Positions 9,432 through 17,699 are shown, counted from the first letter of the stretch. The stretch is DNA of 64,000 bases from Candidatus Avispirillum sp. (GCA_045631345.1 JAZQUP010000013.1:68770-132769), one strand, 5' to 3'. The notes: generated by a model from the letters alone, not told the origin. Translations and numbers: made by a program.

Positions 9432-9641
9432 ATGAGTACAAAAGCAAAGAAGTGGATCAAGGCAGTCGCGGTAAGAACAGTTAAGACAATGGCAGAAATG
9501 GCTATTGCTCTTATCGGTACAAATGCTATGGGTATCACCGATGTTGACTGGGTTGGCGTACTTAGCGGATGCGCTTTGGCAGGTGTTATCACTATACTCA
9601 CTTGCATCAAGGGACTTCCTGAAGTGAAGGAGGTTGAGTAA
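9432..9641 (+). CDS. putative holin
   Basis: The 69-aa protein has two predicted TM helices and a charged C-terminus. It is immediately upstream of the endolysin. SD AAGGAGG. Confidence 0.65.
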   Translation: MSTKAKKWIKAVAVRTVKTMAEMAIALIGTNAMGITDVDWVGVLSGCALAGVITILTCIKGLPEVKEVE

Positions 9642-9644
9642 ATT

Positions 9645-10424
9645 ATGAGTAATTCTGCACTTACTCAAGTAAATATTCCTGCTCACTCAGGCAATTACAC
9701 AAGGGGCAGAAGCGAAAAGATCACCAAGATCACTCTGCACCATGTAGCAGGTGTTGTAACTGCTGAGAGATTGGGCAAGCTGTTTCAGGCGGTTGGCAGA
9801 AATGGCAGCTCTCATTACGGCATCGGTAACGATGGCACTATTGCTCAGTTTGTGCCCGAGGAGGACACCGCCTGGACCGATGGCAACTGGGATTCCAACT
9901 GCAAATCCGTAACCATCGAAACATCCAACTGCGCTACAGGAGGGGATTGGAAGGTTTCTGATGCTGCCTTGAACAGTCTTATCAAGCTTGTTGCCGACAT
10001 CGCAAAGAGAAATGGGCTTGGAAAGCTTGTTCGTGGACAGAATCTTACATGGCATCAGATGTATTCTGCAACAGCCTGCCCCGGTCCCTATCTTCTTTCA
10101 AAGATGGACTATATAGCAGAAGAAGCAAACAGAATTAATTTTCCTGCAAAGGAGGAGATTGATGTGAAAATAAACGGATTTAACATTCCTCGCCTAACAG
10201 ACAATCTTGTTATTTATAACATTGGAGAATGGACTGGAACAAACAAATGGGGCGCAGAGGTTGCTTTTGATAAATATTGCGTTGCGCTTAACGATCCTGT
10301 TTATGGTCAGTGCAATATGCAGATTCCTGCCGGTGGTTTTGTTCTTTCGGGCCACGACAAGGGTGCTTTTTGGATTCTTCAGAATATCAAGAAGGGCTCA
10401 AAGCTTAATATTTCTGTTAAGTGA
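9645..10424 (+). CDS. N-acetylmuramoyl-L-alanine amidase (Amidase_2/PGRP type) endolysin
   Basis: The motifs ITLHH..G, SSHYGIG.DG and TAW are typical of Amidase_2. The C-terminal domain of about 90 aa is of a type I do not recognise. Confidence 0.85.
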   Translation: MSNSALTQVNIPAHSGNYTRGRSEKITKITLHHVAGVVTAERLGKLFQAVGRNGSSHYGIGNDGTIAQFVPEEDTAWTDGNWDSNCKSVTIETSNCATGGDWKVSDAALNSLIKLVADIAKRNGLGKLVRGQNLTWHQMYSATACPGPYLLSKMDYIAEEANRINFPAKEEIDVKINGFNIPRLTDNLVIYNIGEWTGTNKWGAEVAFDKYCVALNDPVYGQCNMQIPAGGFVLSGHDKGAFWILQNIKKGSKLNISVK

Positions 10425-10433
10425 AGAGTTTAA

Positions 10434-10469
10434 CAAAAAAGGCCGCTGACTTAGTCAGCGACCTTTTTC
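10434..10469. terminator. bidirectional terminator
   Basis: The hairpin GGCCGCTGAC-TTA-GTCAGCGACC is flanked by an A-run and a T-run. Confidence 0.75.
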
Positions 10470-10476
10470 TTTAAGG

Positions 10477-10908
10477 TTAATTTCTTTTCTTTATATTACC
10501 ATTCAGCAGATCCACAAACCAACCGATAATGCGGATATCAAGCATTGCAGCAGCTATGTAAATCATAACACTTACAATTATAGTGTTTTTCAGCTCATAT
10601 GATATTATCCATAAAACAACAAATACCATAGCCAAAACAAAAGAAGCCAATAATATTCCGCAATAAAGTATATATAGTATCCTTAACAAAAGCGGAACAT
10701 ATTTTAACAATTCCCTTAAAAAGAACCAATCAAATAAACTCTTTTTCTTTCTTTTCTTTATTGAAGTTTTGCTTAAATATAACCTGACATATTGTTCTTC
10801 TATTCGGTATCTCAGAACACCCCAACCATAAAGGAAAAATAAGGGCAAGAGAAAAATGATTATGAGATTATACGTTAAAGTATCCATTACACTCAGTATA
10901 ATACTCAA
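10477..10908 (-). CDS. small polytopic membrane protein, unknown function
   Basis: The 143-aa ORF has 4 hydrophobic helices. Its TTG start abuts the glgB stop; an alternative ATG lies at 10887. Confidence 0.5.
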   Translation of the reverse strand: MSIILSVMDTLTYNLIIIFLLPLFFLYGWGVLRYRIEEQYVRLYLSKTSIKKRKKKSLFDWFFLRELLKYVPLLLRILYILYCGILLASFVLAMVFVVLWIISYELKNTIIVSVMIYIAAAMLDIRIIGWFVDLLNGNIKKRN

Positions 10909-12903
10909 TTATTTATCCTTCTTAAACACAACAGCTGAACGGTTGGGAAGATAGCATGTGAAACCGATTTTGCCATCTTCTTCTCTCTTTTTAGCTTCAT
11001 ATTTATAAGCTTTGTCAACACGATCAAATCCGCCGAATGCTTCATCATCGCTGGACATAACAACTGTATATATTCCCTCTTCTTCAACAGGAACAAAATA
11101 TGCATCATAGGATTTTGTGGGATGGAAGTTGAAGGCAAATGCAAGCTTATTCTTTGTATAGATGATGGTTTTATCATCATTATGCATCCACTGATTCACT
11201 GCCTTTTTACCCATAAGGCGTTCTTTCTTCAGCAGCTTGATCATTGCCATATCAAAATCACGGAGATATTCATAACGAAGGAATCCGTTATCTGCAAGGC
11301 TCCACTGACGACGGCAATAATGATAGCTCCAGCCATTTCCCTCACGGGGGAAGTCTATCCATTCGGGATGTCCAAATTCGTTACCCATAAAATTAAGATA
11401 ACCCTCACCTACAAGAGTTGATGTTAAAAGGCGGATCATCTTATGAAGCGCTATGCCTCGGTCAATTATCATACTATTGGAGGCTTTATTCATACTCCAA
11501 TACATTTCGGAATCACAAAGGCGGAATATGATAGTTTTATCACCAACAAGGGCCTGGTCGTGAGATTCGCAATAGCCAACGCTCTTTTCGCCGGGACGAC
11601 ATCCTGTCAGCTCATACCACAGCTTCATCATATCCCAATTATCGTCGCTATATTCCTTGATCATCTTTATCCAAAGATCAGGAACACCCATAGAAAGACG
11701 ATAATCAAATCCAATACCGCCCTCCTTCAGCTTCAGACACATACCTGGCATACCTGACATATCCTCAGCGATTGTTACTGCCTTAGGATTGATCTCGTGA
11801 ATAAGATCGTTTGCAAGCTGCAGATATGTTACAGCTTCTGTGTCTGTATTCATAGAGAAATACATGCTGTAGTTTGTAAATGCGCTTCCAAGGCCATGAT
11901 CATGATAAAGCATTGAGGTTACTCCATCAAAACGGAATCCGTCAAAATGGAACACTTCCATCCAATACTTAAGATTGGAAAGAAGGAAATGAATAACCTC
12001 GTTTTTACCATAGTTAAACAGCTTTGTGTCCCAAGCGGGATGATTACCCTTTCCACCCTCGTGGAAGAACTGATACTCTGTTCCATCAAAGAGGTTAAGA
12101 CCTTCATTTGTGTTCTTAACTGCGTGAGAATGAACAACATCAAGAAGAACTGTTATTCCCATTTCATGCGCTGTGTTTACAAGCTCCTTAAGATCCTTTG
12201 AGGGACCAAAGCGTGAGCTTGCTGCAAAGAAATTGGAAACCTGATAGCCAAAGGAGCCATAATAAGGATGCTCCATTATTGCCATTATCTGAATTGTGTT
12301 GTATCCAAGCTTCTTGATTTTAGGAAGAATTTCCTTTGTGAACTCCTTATAGGAGCCAACATCATATTTCTCCTGAGCCATACCGATATGGCATTCATAT
12401 ATAAAGGGAGTTGTTGCAGGCTTGAAGCCGGCATCTGTCCACTCAAAGCCATCATATATTGCATCATTTACAACTGCGCACCAGGAATTGTCTTCTTTAT
12501 TCTGTTCAACTCTTGTTGCATATGTAGGAATGCGGCGAAGAACTTCATCACCATGAACAACAACAGCCTGAATTCGCTGACCCTGCTTAAGCTTCTTCTT
12601 TCCCTTAAGCTCAACCTCAAAAACTCCGTTTTCAAGCTTTTTCATGGGACAAGCCTTAAGATCCCATTTATTGAAATCGCCTGTGAGATACATTTCATCA
12701 GCGCCGGGGGCCCATTCACGATATACCCAACCTTTTTCTGTAGGATGAATACCGAAGAAATTATATCCGTTAGCAAATGTGGAAAGGCTGCCGCCCTTGC
12801 CTACAAGCTCTGCTTTTTTTGTAACATACGACTTATAACGCTTTTCAAGATCCTCTTTATGAGGCTCAAGATAAGGGTCGATCTTCAGAATTTTCAATGC
12901 CAT
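10909..12903 (-). CDS. glgB: 1,4-alpha-glucan branching enzyme (GH13)
   Basis: GH13 catalytic regions are present (FDGFRFDGVTSM, IAEDMSG, CESHDQ). The start is set at ATG 12903, behind SD GGAGG, rather than at the ORF-track 12981. Confidence 0.9.
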   Translation of the reverse strand: MALKILKIDPYLEPHKEDLEKRYKSYVTKKAELVGKGGSLSTFANGYNFFGIHPTEKGWVYREWAPGADEMYLTGDFNKWDLKACPMKKLENGVFEVELKGKKKLKQGQRIQAVVVHGDEVLRRIPTYATRVEQNKEDNSWCAVVNDAIYDGFEWTDAGFKPATTPFIYECHIGMAQEKYDVGSYKEFTKEILPKIKKLGYNTIQIMAIMEHPYYGSFGYQVSNFFAASSRFGPSKDLKELVNTAHEMGITVLLDVVHSHAVKNTNEGLNLFDGTEYQFFHEGGKGNHPAWDTKLFNYGKNEVIHFLLSNLKYWMEVFHFDGFRFDGVTSMLYHDHGLGSAFTNYSMYFSMNTDTEAVTYLQLANDLIHEINPKAVTIAEDMSGMPGMCLKLKEGGIGFDYRLSMGVPDLWIKMIKEYSDDNWDMMKLWYELTGCRPGEKSVGYCESHDQALVGDKTIIFRLCDSEMYWSMNKASNSMIIDRGIALHKMIRLLTSTLVGEGYLNFMGNEFGHPEWIDFPREGNGWSYHYCRRQWSLADNGFLRYEYLRDFDMAMIKLLKKERLMGKKAVNQWMHNDDKTIIYTKNKLAFAFNFHPTKSYDAYFVPVEEEGIYTVVMSSDDEAFGGFDRVDKAYKYEAKKREEDGKIGFTCYLPNRSAVVFKKDK

Positions 12904-13026
12904 AGCGACCTCCGCTTTTTGTTGAATATTTATAATTTTATTGTATAACTTTTGCACTGATTTGTCAAGTTTGTTTTGCAACCTAGCGTTTTACATATAT
13001 TTCTGTTTTTAGACATCATTTGAGAA

Positions 13027-13064
13027 AAAGAAAACCGCTCAAAGCTTTCACTTTGAGCGGTTTT
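13027..13064. terminator. bidirectional terminator
   Basis: The hairpin CCGCTCAAAG-CTTTCA-CTTTGAGCGG is flanked by A-runs and T-runs. Confidence 0.8.
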
Positions 13065-13073
13065 GATCACATA

Positions 13074-13688
13074 TTATCTTGACATCGCTTCAGAAATAAC
13101 TGCAAGAACCTTATCATAGCATCCGCCACAGCCTGTTGAACAATGAGTTGTATTTTTTACATCCTCAAATATCTCAAGCAGATCGCAAACATTATCATGC
13201 TTATGCACCTCGTCAAGAATATCAAAATAGCTTACGTTGTTGCATTTGCATATAACATAATCTTCCTTTGATTTTGTATCAAGAGGTTTAAGATCGCAAA
13301 CAAGCTTCTCTTCAATTTCTGCCATCCAAAGTCCGTGCAGATTGCAATATGCATAAACAGCAAGAGGTTTTTCATCACTGAGTGCAAATGTTACTGCAGG
13401 TAATCCTCCTACCTGAAGATTTTTGCGCTGACCGCCGCGGTCTGTCTGCAAATATACCCAAAGAATACTATGTTCTTCTGCCATAGGATGTGCAACGGAG
13501 CCAACATCCACTCTGACTATATTATCCTCTACAGTTACCACGGGAATATGTTTTTCGCGGCTTGCTTCTACTGTTCCCGCTTCCAGCTTTGTCATTTTCT
13601 GTCCGCAGCACATCATAGGAACGCCTGCATCATTTATCATTCCGATAAGATTGCCGCAATGCTCACAAATATAAAACTTAGTTTCCAT
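13074..13688 (-). CDS. desulfoferrodoxin-type superoxide reductase fused to a C-terminal BFD-like [2Fe-2S] domain
   Basis: The N-terminal CxxC..CC desulforedoxin-like site is present, as are the SOR centre II ligands (EKHIPV, HPMAEEH, CNLHGLW). The C-terminal 75 aa carry CKC...C..GCGGC. The ATG at 13688 follows SD GGAGG. Confidence 0.8.
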   Translation of the reverse strand: METKFYICEHCGNLIGMINDAGVPMMCCGQKMTKLEAGTVEASREKHIPVVTVEDNIVRVDVGSVAHPMAEEHSILWVYLQTDRGGQRKNLQVGGLPAVTFALSDEKPLAVYAYCNLHGLWMAEIEEKLVCDLKPLDTKSKEDYVICKCNNVSYFDILDEVHKHDNVCDLLEIFEDVKNTTHCSTGCGGCYDKVLAVISEAMSR

Positions 13689-13767
13689 CACGAATTTCCT
13701 CCGCTCATATTTTGATAAATATATTATAGCACATTATTATAGTTTCGAAAAGATTATTATAAGAATC

Positions 13768-14691
13768 TTAACCAAAAATTGAAAGATACTCTTCCGCAAA
13801 GTGAGCCGCAACAGCTCCGTCTGCAACAGCTGTTACAACCTGACGAAGTGCTTTTGTACGCACGTCACCAACTGCAAACACGCCCTCTGCACTTGTTTTT
13901 GTTGATTCGTCTGCTACGATATATCCATTATTATCTTTTTCAATGCTTTCACCAAAATATTCTGTTGCAGGCTTTCTTCCGATACTTACAAAAACTGCAT
14001 CACATTCCATTTCTCTTATCTCTCCTGAGCGAACGTTCTTTATTAAAACTCCATTCACTCTACCATCTGCTTTTATACCTTCAACTGTGCTGTTCCACAC
14101 AAATTCCACATTTTCAGCCTTCATAAGCGGCTCGTGATATATTTTTGTTGCTCTGAGTGTATCTCTTCTGTGAACAAGGTATACCTTTTTGGCAAGACGT
14201 GAAAGATATAAAGCATCTGACACAGCAGAATTTCCTCCGCCAACCACAACTACTGTTTTGCCCCTATAAAAACCGCCGTCACAATGAGCACAGTAGTGAA
14301 CCCCTCGGCCTGTTAATTCCTTCTCCCCTTCTATACCAAGCTCTCTGGGATTTGCACCCGTTGATATAACGACAGTTTTGGAGAGGATCTCTCCTGAACT
14401 TGTTCTCACTTTCTTTATTTTATCTGAAAAATCAACGCTCAAAACTTCTGCGTATTCTGTCTTTGCACCAAATCGCTCTGCACCCTGCTGCATTTTCATT
14501 CCCAGAGAAAAGCCGTCCACTCCCTCTTCAAATCCGGGATAATTATCTATTATATCTGTCAGCGCCATCTGACCGCCCGGCGCCATTTTTTCTATAACTA
14601 CTGTGTCAAGCCCTGCTCTTGAAGCATAAAGCGCTGCTGTATATCCCGCGGGACCTCCACCGATTATTATCATATCGTAAATGTGTTCCAT
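13768..14691 (-). CDS. trxB: thioredoxin-disulfide reductase
   Basis: [10 protein letters not shown] and the redox-active CAHCDG motif are present with two dinucleotide-binding folds. Length is 307 aa. Confidence 0.9.
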   Translation of the reverse strand: MEHIYDMIIIGGGPAGYTAALYASRAGLDTVVIEKMAPGGQMALTDIIDNYPGFEEGVDGFSLGMKMQQGAERFGAKTEYAEVLSVDFSDKIKKVRTSSGEILSKTVVISTGANPRELGIEGEKELTGRGVHYCAHCDGGFYRGKTVVVVGGGNSAVSDALYLSRLAKKVYLVHRRDTLRATKIYHEPLMKAENVEFVWNSTVEGIKADGRVNGVLIKNVRSGEIREMECDAVFVSIGRKPATEYFGESIEKDNNGYIVADESTKTSAEGVFAVGDVRTKALRQVVTAVADGAVAAHFAEEYLSIFG

Positions 14692-14772
14692 ATCGAACCT
14701 CCTTGCCTACATTACTGTAAATATTATACCACATTTTTCATAGTATTCCGTGACTTCATCACAAAAGATATA

Positions 14773-14801
14773 TTGACATATACGTAAATTTTGTTTTATA
14801 A
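14773..14801 (+). promoter_or_regulatory. sigma-A type promoter
   Basis: TTGACA (14773-14778), a 17-nt spacer and TATAAT (14796-14801) lie upstream of the MBL-fold gene. Confidence 0.7.
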
Positions 14802-14832
14802 TTTAGTTGGTTCAGAATCCTAGGGAGGTGGA

Positions 14833-15615
14833 ATGAAAATGAAGATAGTTTGTCTTGCTGAAAACACTTCGTCATTTGACTATATCGGTGTTGAACATGG
14901 ACTTTCTCTTTACATTGAAACCTCAAAAAGCCTTATTTTATTTGATTTTGGACAATCCCAATTGTTTTCTGCAAATGCAGAACTTCTTGGAGTAGATCTT
15001 TCAAAAATCGACATTGCCATCCTCTCTCACGGACATTACGATCACGGAGGAGGGCTTAAAAATTTTCTTGAAATAAATAAAAAAGCACCTGTTTATCTTA
15101 GTTCCTACGCATTTGAGCCTCATTATAACGGAACAAAAAAATATATCGGACTTGACACTTCTCTTTCAGCTTGTGACCGACTTCGTTTTGTGAATGATGA
15201 AACAAAAATCGGAGAAGGACTGACCTTATATTCCTGCAATACCAAAGAAAAATTTTTCAATCTTGGCAGCTTCGGTCTGAACACTTTTGAAAATGGAAGC
15301 TTTGTCCCCGATGATTTTCACCACGAGCAATATCTGCTCATTGAGGACGAGGGAAAAAAAGTTCTTATAAGTGGATGCTCCCACAAAGGTATCCTTAACA
15401 TTGCCAAATGGTTTCAGGTAGATTTTATCATCGGCGGATTTCATTTTTCAAAGCTTCCACTTGATGACACACTCAAAACCTACGCTGAATATCTTAACGA
15501 ATTTGATACAGAATATTTCACCTGTCATTGCACTGGAGAAGCACAGTTTGAATTTATGAAAAAGCATATTTCAAAACTAAACTATCTCTCTGCGGGACAG
15601 AGCATTATATTATAA
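14833..15615 (+). CDS. MBL-fold metallo-hydrolase (COG1237-like)
   Basis: HGHYDHGGG metal-binding motif is present. The start could instead be ATG 14839, because the SD GGGAGG ends at 14828. Confidence 0.8.
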   Translation: MKMKIVCLAENTSSFDYIGVEHGLSLYIETSKSLILFDFGQSQLFSANAELLGVDLSKIDIAILSHGHYDHGGGLKNFLEINKKAPVYLSSYAFEPHYNGTKKYIGLDTSLSACDRLRFVNDETKIGEGLTLYSCNTKEKFFNLGSFGLNTFENGSFVPDDFHHEQYLLIEDEGKKVLISGCSHKGILNIAKWFQVDFIIGGFHFSKLPLDDTLKTYAEYLNEFDTEYFTCHCTGEAQFEFMKKHISKLNYLSAGQSIIL

Positions 15616-15628
15616 AGGAGAAAGTATT

Positions 15629-16027
15629 ATGAGAATAGCAGTTACTTACGAAAATGGTCAGATCTTTCAGCATTTCGGCCATACAGCACAGTTTAAAGTA
15701 TATAATGTAGAAAACAAAAAAATAGTTTCTTCTCAGGTTATGGACACAATGGGCAGCGGACACGGTGCCCTTACAGGACTGCTTTCTGCATTGAAAGTGG
15801 ACGTTCTTATCTGTGGAGGAATCGGCGTCGGTGCGCAGAATGCTCTCGCACAGGCAGGTATCAAGCTTTTCGGCGGCGTCAAGGGAGATGCTGACGCGGC
15901 TGTTGAAAGCTTTATTGCAGGAAAACTTCTCTACAACCCCGATGCAAAATGCGACCACCACGACCATCATCACGGTGAGGGACACACCTGCGGTGATCAC
16001 GGCTGCGGAAGTCACAATTGTCACTGA
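15629..16027 (+). CDS. NifB/NifX-family (dinitrogenase FeMo-cofactor-binding fold) protein with His/Cys-rich tail
   Basis: FGHT..F and the (V)LICGGIG..A pattern are typical of the family. The tail is CDHHDHHHGEGHTCGDHGCGSHNCH. Confidence 0.75.
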   Translation: MRIAVTYENGQIFQHFGHTAQFKVYNVENKKIVSSQVMDTMGSGHGALTGLLSALKVDVLICGGIGVGAQNALAQAGIKLFGGVKGDADAAVESFIAGKLLYNPDAKCDHHDHHHGEGHTCGDHGCGSHNCH

Positions 16028-16060
16028 TATTTATCCTCAAGCAGAAAGGAGCGCTTAGCT

Positions 16061-16735
16061 ATGGCACGCGCTATGTTTGAAGGCGTTTTTCGTGAAATGT
16101 TTCCTTTCTGGGACACTATTTCTGAAGATGACCGAGATTTTATATGCAACAATACTGCAGCCCTTACGTATCCCAAAGGCAACACCGTGCATGACGGAAA
16201 CGACTGCTCAGGAGTTATCTTTATCAAAAAGGGATCACTGAGAGTTTATATTATGTCTGATGAAGGAAAAGACATAACACTCTATCGTTTGCATTCAGGT
16301 GAAATGTGTATGCTTTCTGCCTCCTGCGTTTTGCAGACTATCACTTTTGACGTTTTTGTTGATGCTGAAGAAGACAGTGAATGCTATGTTATAGCTGGGA
16401 AAGCGTATTCTCAGGTTGCAAATAATAACCCCGATGTTAAGATATTCACTCTGGAAACTGCCGTAAGCCGTTTTTCCGATGTTATGTGGGTTATGCAGCA
16501 GATTCTGTTTATGAGCATGGATAAGCGCCTTGCAATATTCTTATCAGACGAAGCTTCACGCCTTGGCTCTGATACAATCAACCTGACCCACGAGCAGATT
16601 GCAAAATATATGGGCTCTGCAAGAGAGGTTGTTTCCAGAATGCTCAAGTATTTTTCAAGCGAAGGTATTGTTGAAGCCTCACGAAAAGGTGTTAAGATCC
16701 TTGACAAAAAACGCCTTAGACAGCTGGCAATGTAA
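16061..16735 (+). CDS. Crp/Fnr family transcriptional regulator
   Basis: An N-terminal cNMP-binding-like beta-barrel is followed by a C-terminal HTH (REVVSRMLKYFSSEGIV). Confidence 0.85.
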   Translation: MARAMFEGVFREMFPFWDTISEDDRDFICNNTAALTYPKGNTVHDGNDCSGVIFIKKGSLRVYIMSDEGKDITLYRLHSGEMCMLSASCVLQTITFDVFVDAEEDSECYVIAGKAYSQVANNNPDVKIFTLETAVSRFSDVMWVMQQILFMSMDKRLAIFLSDEASRLGSDTINLTHEQIAKYMGSAREVVSRMLKYFSSEGIVEASRKGVKILDKKRLRQLAM

Positions 16736-16746
16736 AGGAGTGTAAC

Positions 16747-17040
16747 ATGAAAGAAATAACATGTCTAAGATGTAACACTAAAATGCATTTTGCCAATCGT
16801 GAAAATATACAGCTTGGTCAAACAGGCTGGATATTGGGAGACTTACCAAATCTTATAGCAGGATCACTTTCTGTGGATATTTTTATCTGTCCCAACTGCA
16901 ATAAAATAGAATTTTTTGCAGCTGAACACCCCCAGGAAGAAGATTCACTCCCAAAAAGGACCTGCCCTTCTTGTGGAGCAGTTCACGATTTTGATTTCCC
17001 CAAATGCCCTAAATGTAAGTTTGATTATTTCGGAAAATGA
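16747..17040 (+). CDS. double zinc-ribbon protein
   Basis: The 97-aa protein has four CxxC pairs (CLRC, CPNC, CPSC, CPKC). SD AAGGAG. Confidence 0.6.
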   Translation: MKEITCLRCNTKMHFANRENIQLGQTGWILGDLPNLIAGSLSVDIFICPNCNKIEFFAAEHPQEEDSLPKRTCPSCGAVHDFDFPKCPKCKFDYFGK

Positions 17041-17044
17041 TTTT

Positions 17045-17081
17045 AAAAAAGCACCCATAAGGGTGCTTTTTCTGGTGGAGC
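17045..17081. repeat. second copy of the ssrA 3' end plus its terminator (att-like direct repeat)
   Basis: CACCCATAAGGGTGCTTTTTC plus TGGTGGAGC recurs at 17264-17297 with only a 3-nt indel. It is followed by a T-arm-like hairpin GCTTGC-TCAC-GCAAGC (17086-17101). Confidence 0.6.
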
Positions 17082-17287
17082 TTTGGCTTGCTCACGCAAG
17101 CGTCAAAAATGTATTTTTGACCGCGTCGGTCTCACACGAGCACAAAACTCGTAGTCAGTTTAGCACTACGGGCTAAAAACAGTCCACTGGACTGTTTTTG
17201 CCTGTCGTACCGACATAGGCTCGCCCTTTCGACTCTCAATGCCTTCACCACCAAAAGAAAAAACACCCATAAGGGTGCTTTTTCTTT

Positions 17288-17652
17288 TGGTGGAGCCGGC
17301 GAGAGTCGAACTCGCGTCCGAAAACCCCTTGACACAACTTTCTCCGGGTGCAGATTGTCTATTATGCTTCCCGCTAAGCTCTCCGACAGTCAGGATAGCT
17401 TAGTCGGTATCCTTTTAGTGCATGACAGATACAAAGAAAAAATCTCTGTTCACGTTCGCTGCTGTGGTTATGCCCCAAATGAAGCCGCAGCCCTCATCAC
17501 CGGGACAGGCCGCATCGTAGGCGGCGGTAGCTTATGCAGCTACGAGTGTGCTATTGTTAGCGTTTAATTTTAAGTGGAGCTTATTTAGGTGTTTCTCCAA
17601 ACACCACCCGCTTATCATGCCTCAGAATCCCCGTCGAAACCTTTACGGCCCC
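17288..17652 (-). ncRNA. ssrA: tmRNA
   Basis: On the minus strand the 5' end is GGGGCCGTAAAGGTTTCGACGGGG and the 3' end is GGACGCGAGTTCGACTCTCGCCGGCTCCACCA, with a G3:U pair. The internal tag frame GCT AAC AAT AGC ACA CTC GTA GCT GCA TAA gives ANNSTLVAA*. The gene lies directly downstream of smpB. Confidence 0.9.
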
Positions 17653-17699
17653 ATTGGGAAAACCTTTGGATTTCAGTGATACTTCGCTTGCGCAAAGGT

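Larger units (their letters stand above)
6143..10424 (+). mobile_element. prophage remnant: host-recognition plus lysis module only
   Basis: Five co-directional, tightly packed phage-type genes (baseplate/fibre, LRR fibre, two small membrane proteins, amidase) end in a terminator. No capsid, tail-tube, replication or integrase genes are adjacent. Confidence 0.75.

Noticed and set aside
12268-12948. A 226-aa ORF antisense to glgB. Similar antisense ORFs lie at 18722-19552 (SNF transporter), 23482-24129 (pncB), 39616-40188 (FtsX permease), 45696-46358 (dnaJ), 35768-36241 (fakA) and 45190-45600 (prmA).
   Set aside because: Each is fully contained in a well-supported gene on the opposite strand and has a low-complexity translation.
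14748-14764. A possible Crp/Fnr site, GTGA-N5-TCAC, in the trxB/MBL divergent region.
   Set aside because: There are only 4+4 matching bases, and the 5-nt spacer fits neither the CRP (N6) nor the FNR (N4) consensus. This is likely chance in AT-rich DNA.
17073-17253. The idea that the 180-nt insert behind ssrA is itself a plus-strand tRNA-like or tmRNA-like gene (5' GGTGGAG pairs with CTTCACC followed by ACCA; TTCGACTCTC is present).
   Set aside because: The T-loop-like sequence has no flanking T-stem, it is 5 nt out of register with the putative acceptor stem, and no D or anticodon arms can be drawn. It is treated as part of the att-like scar instead.
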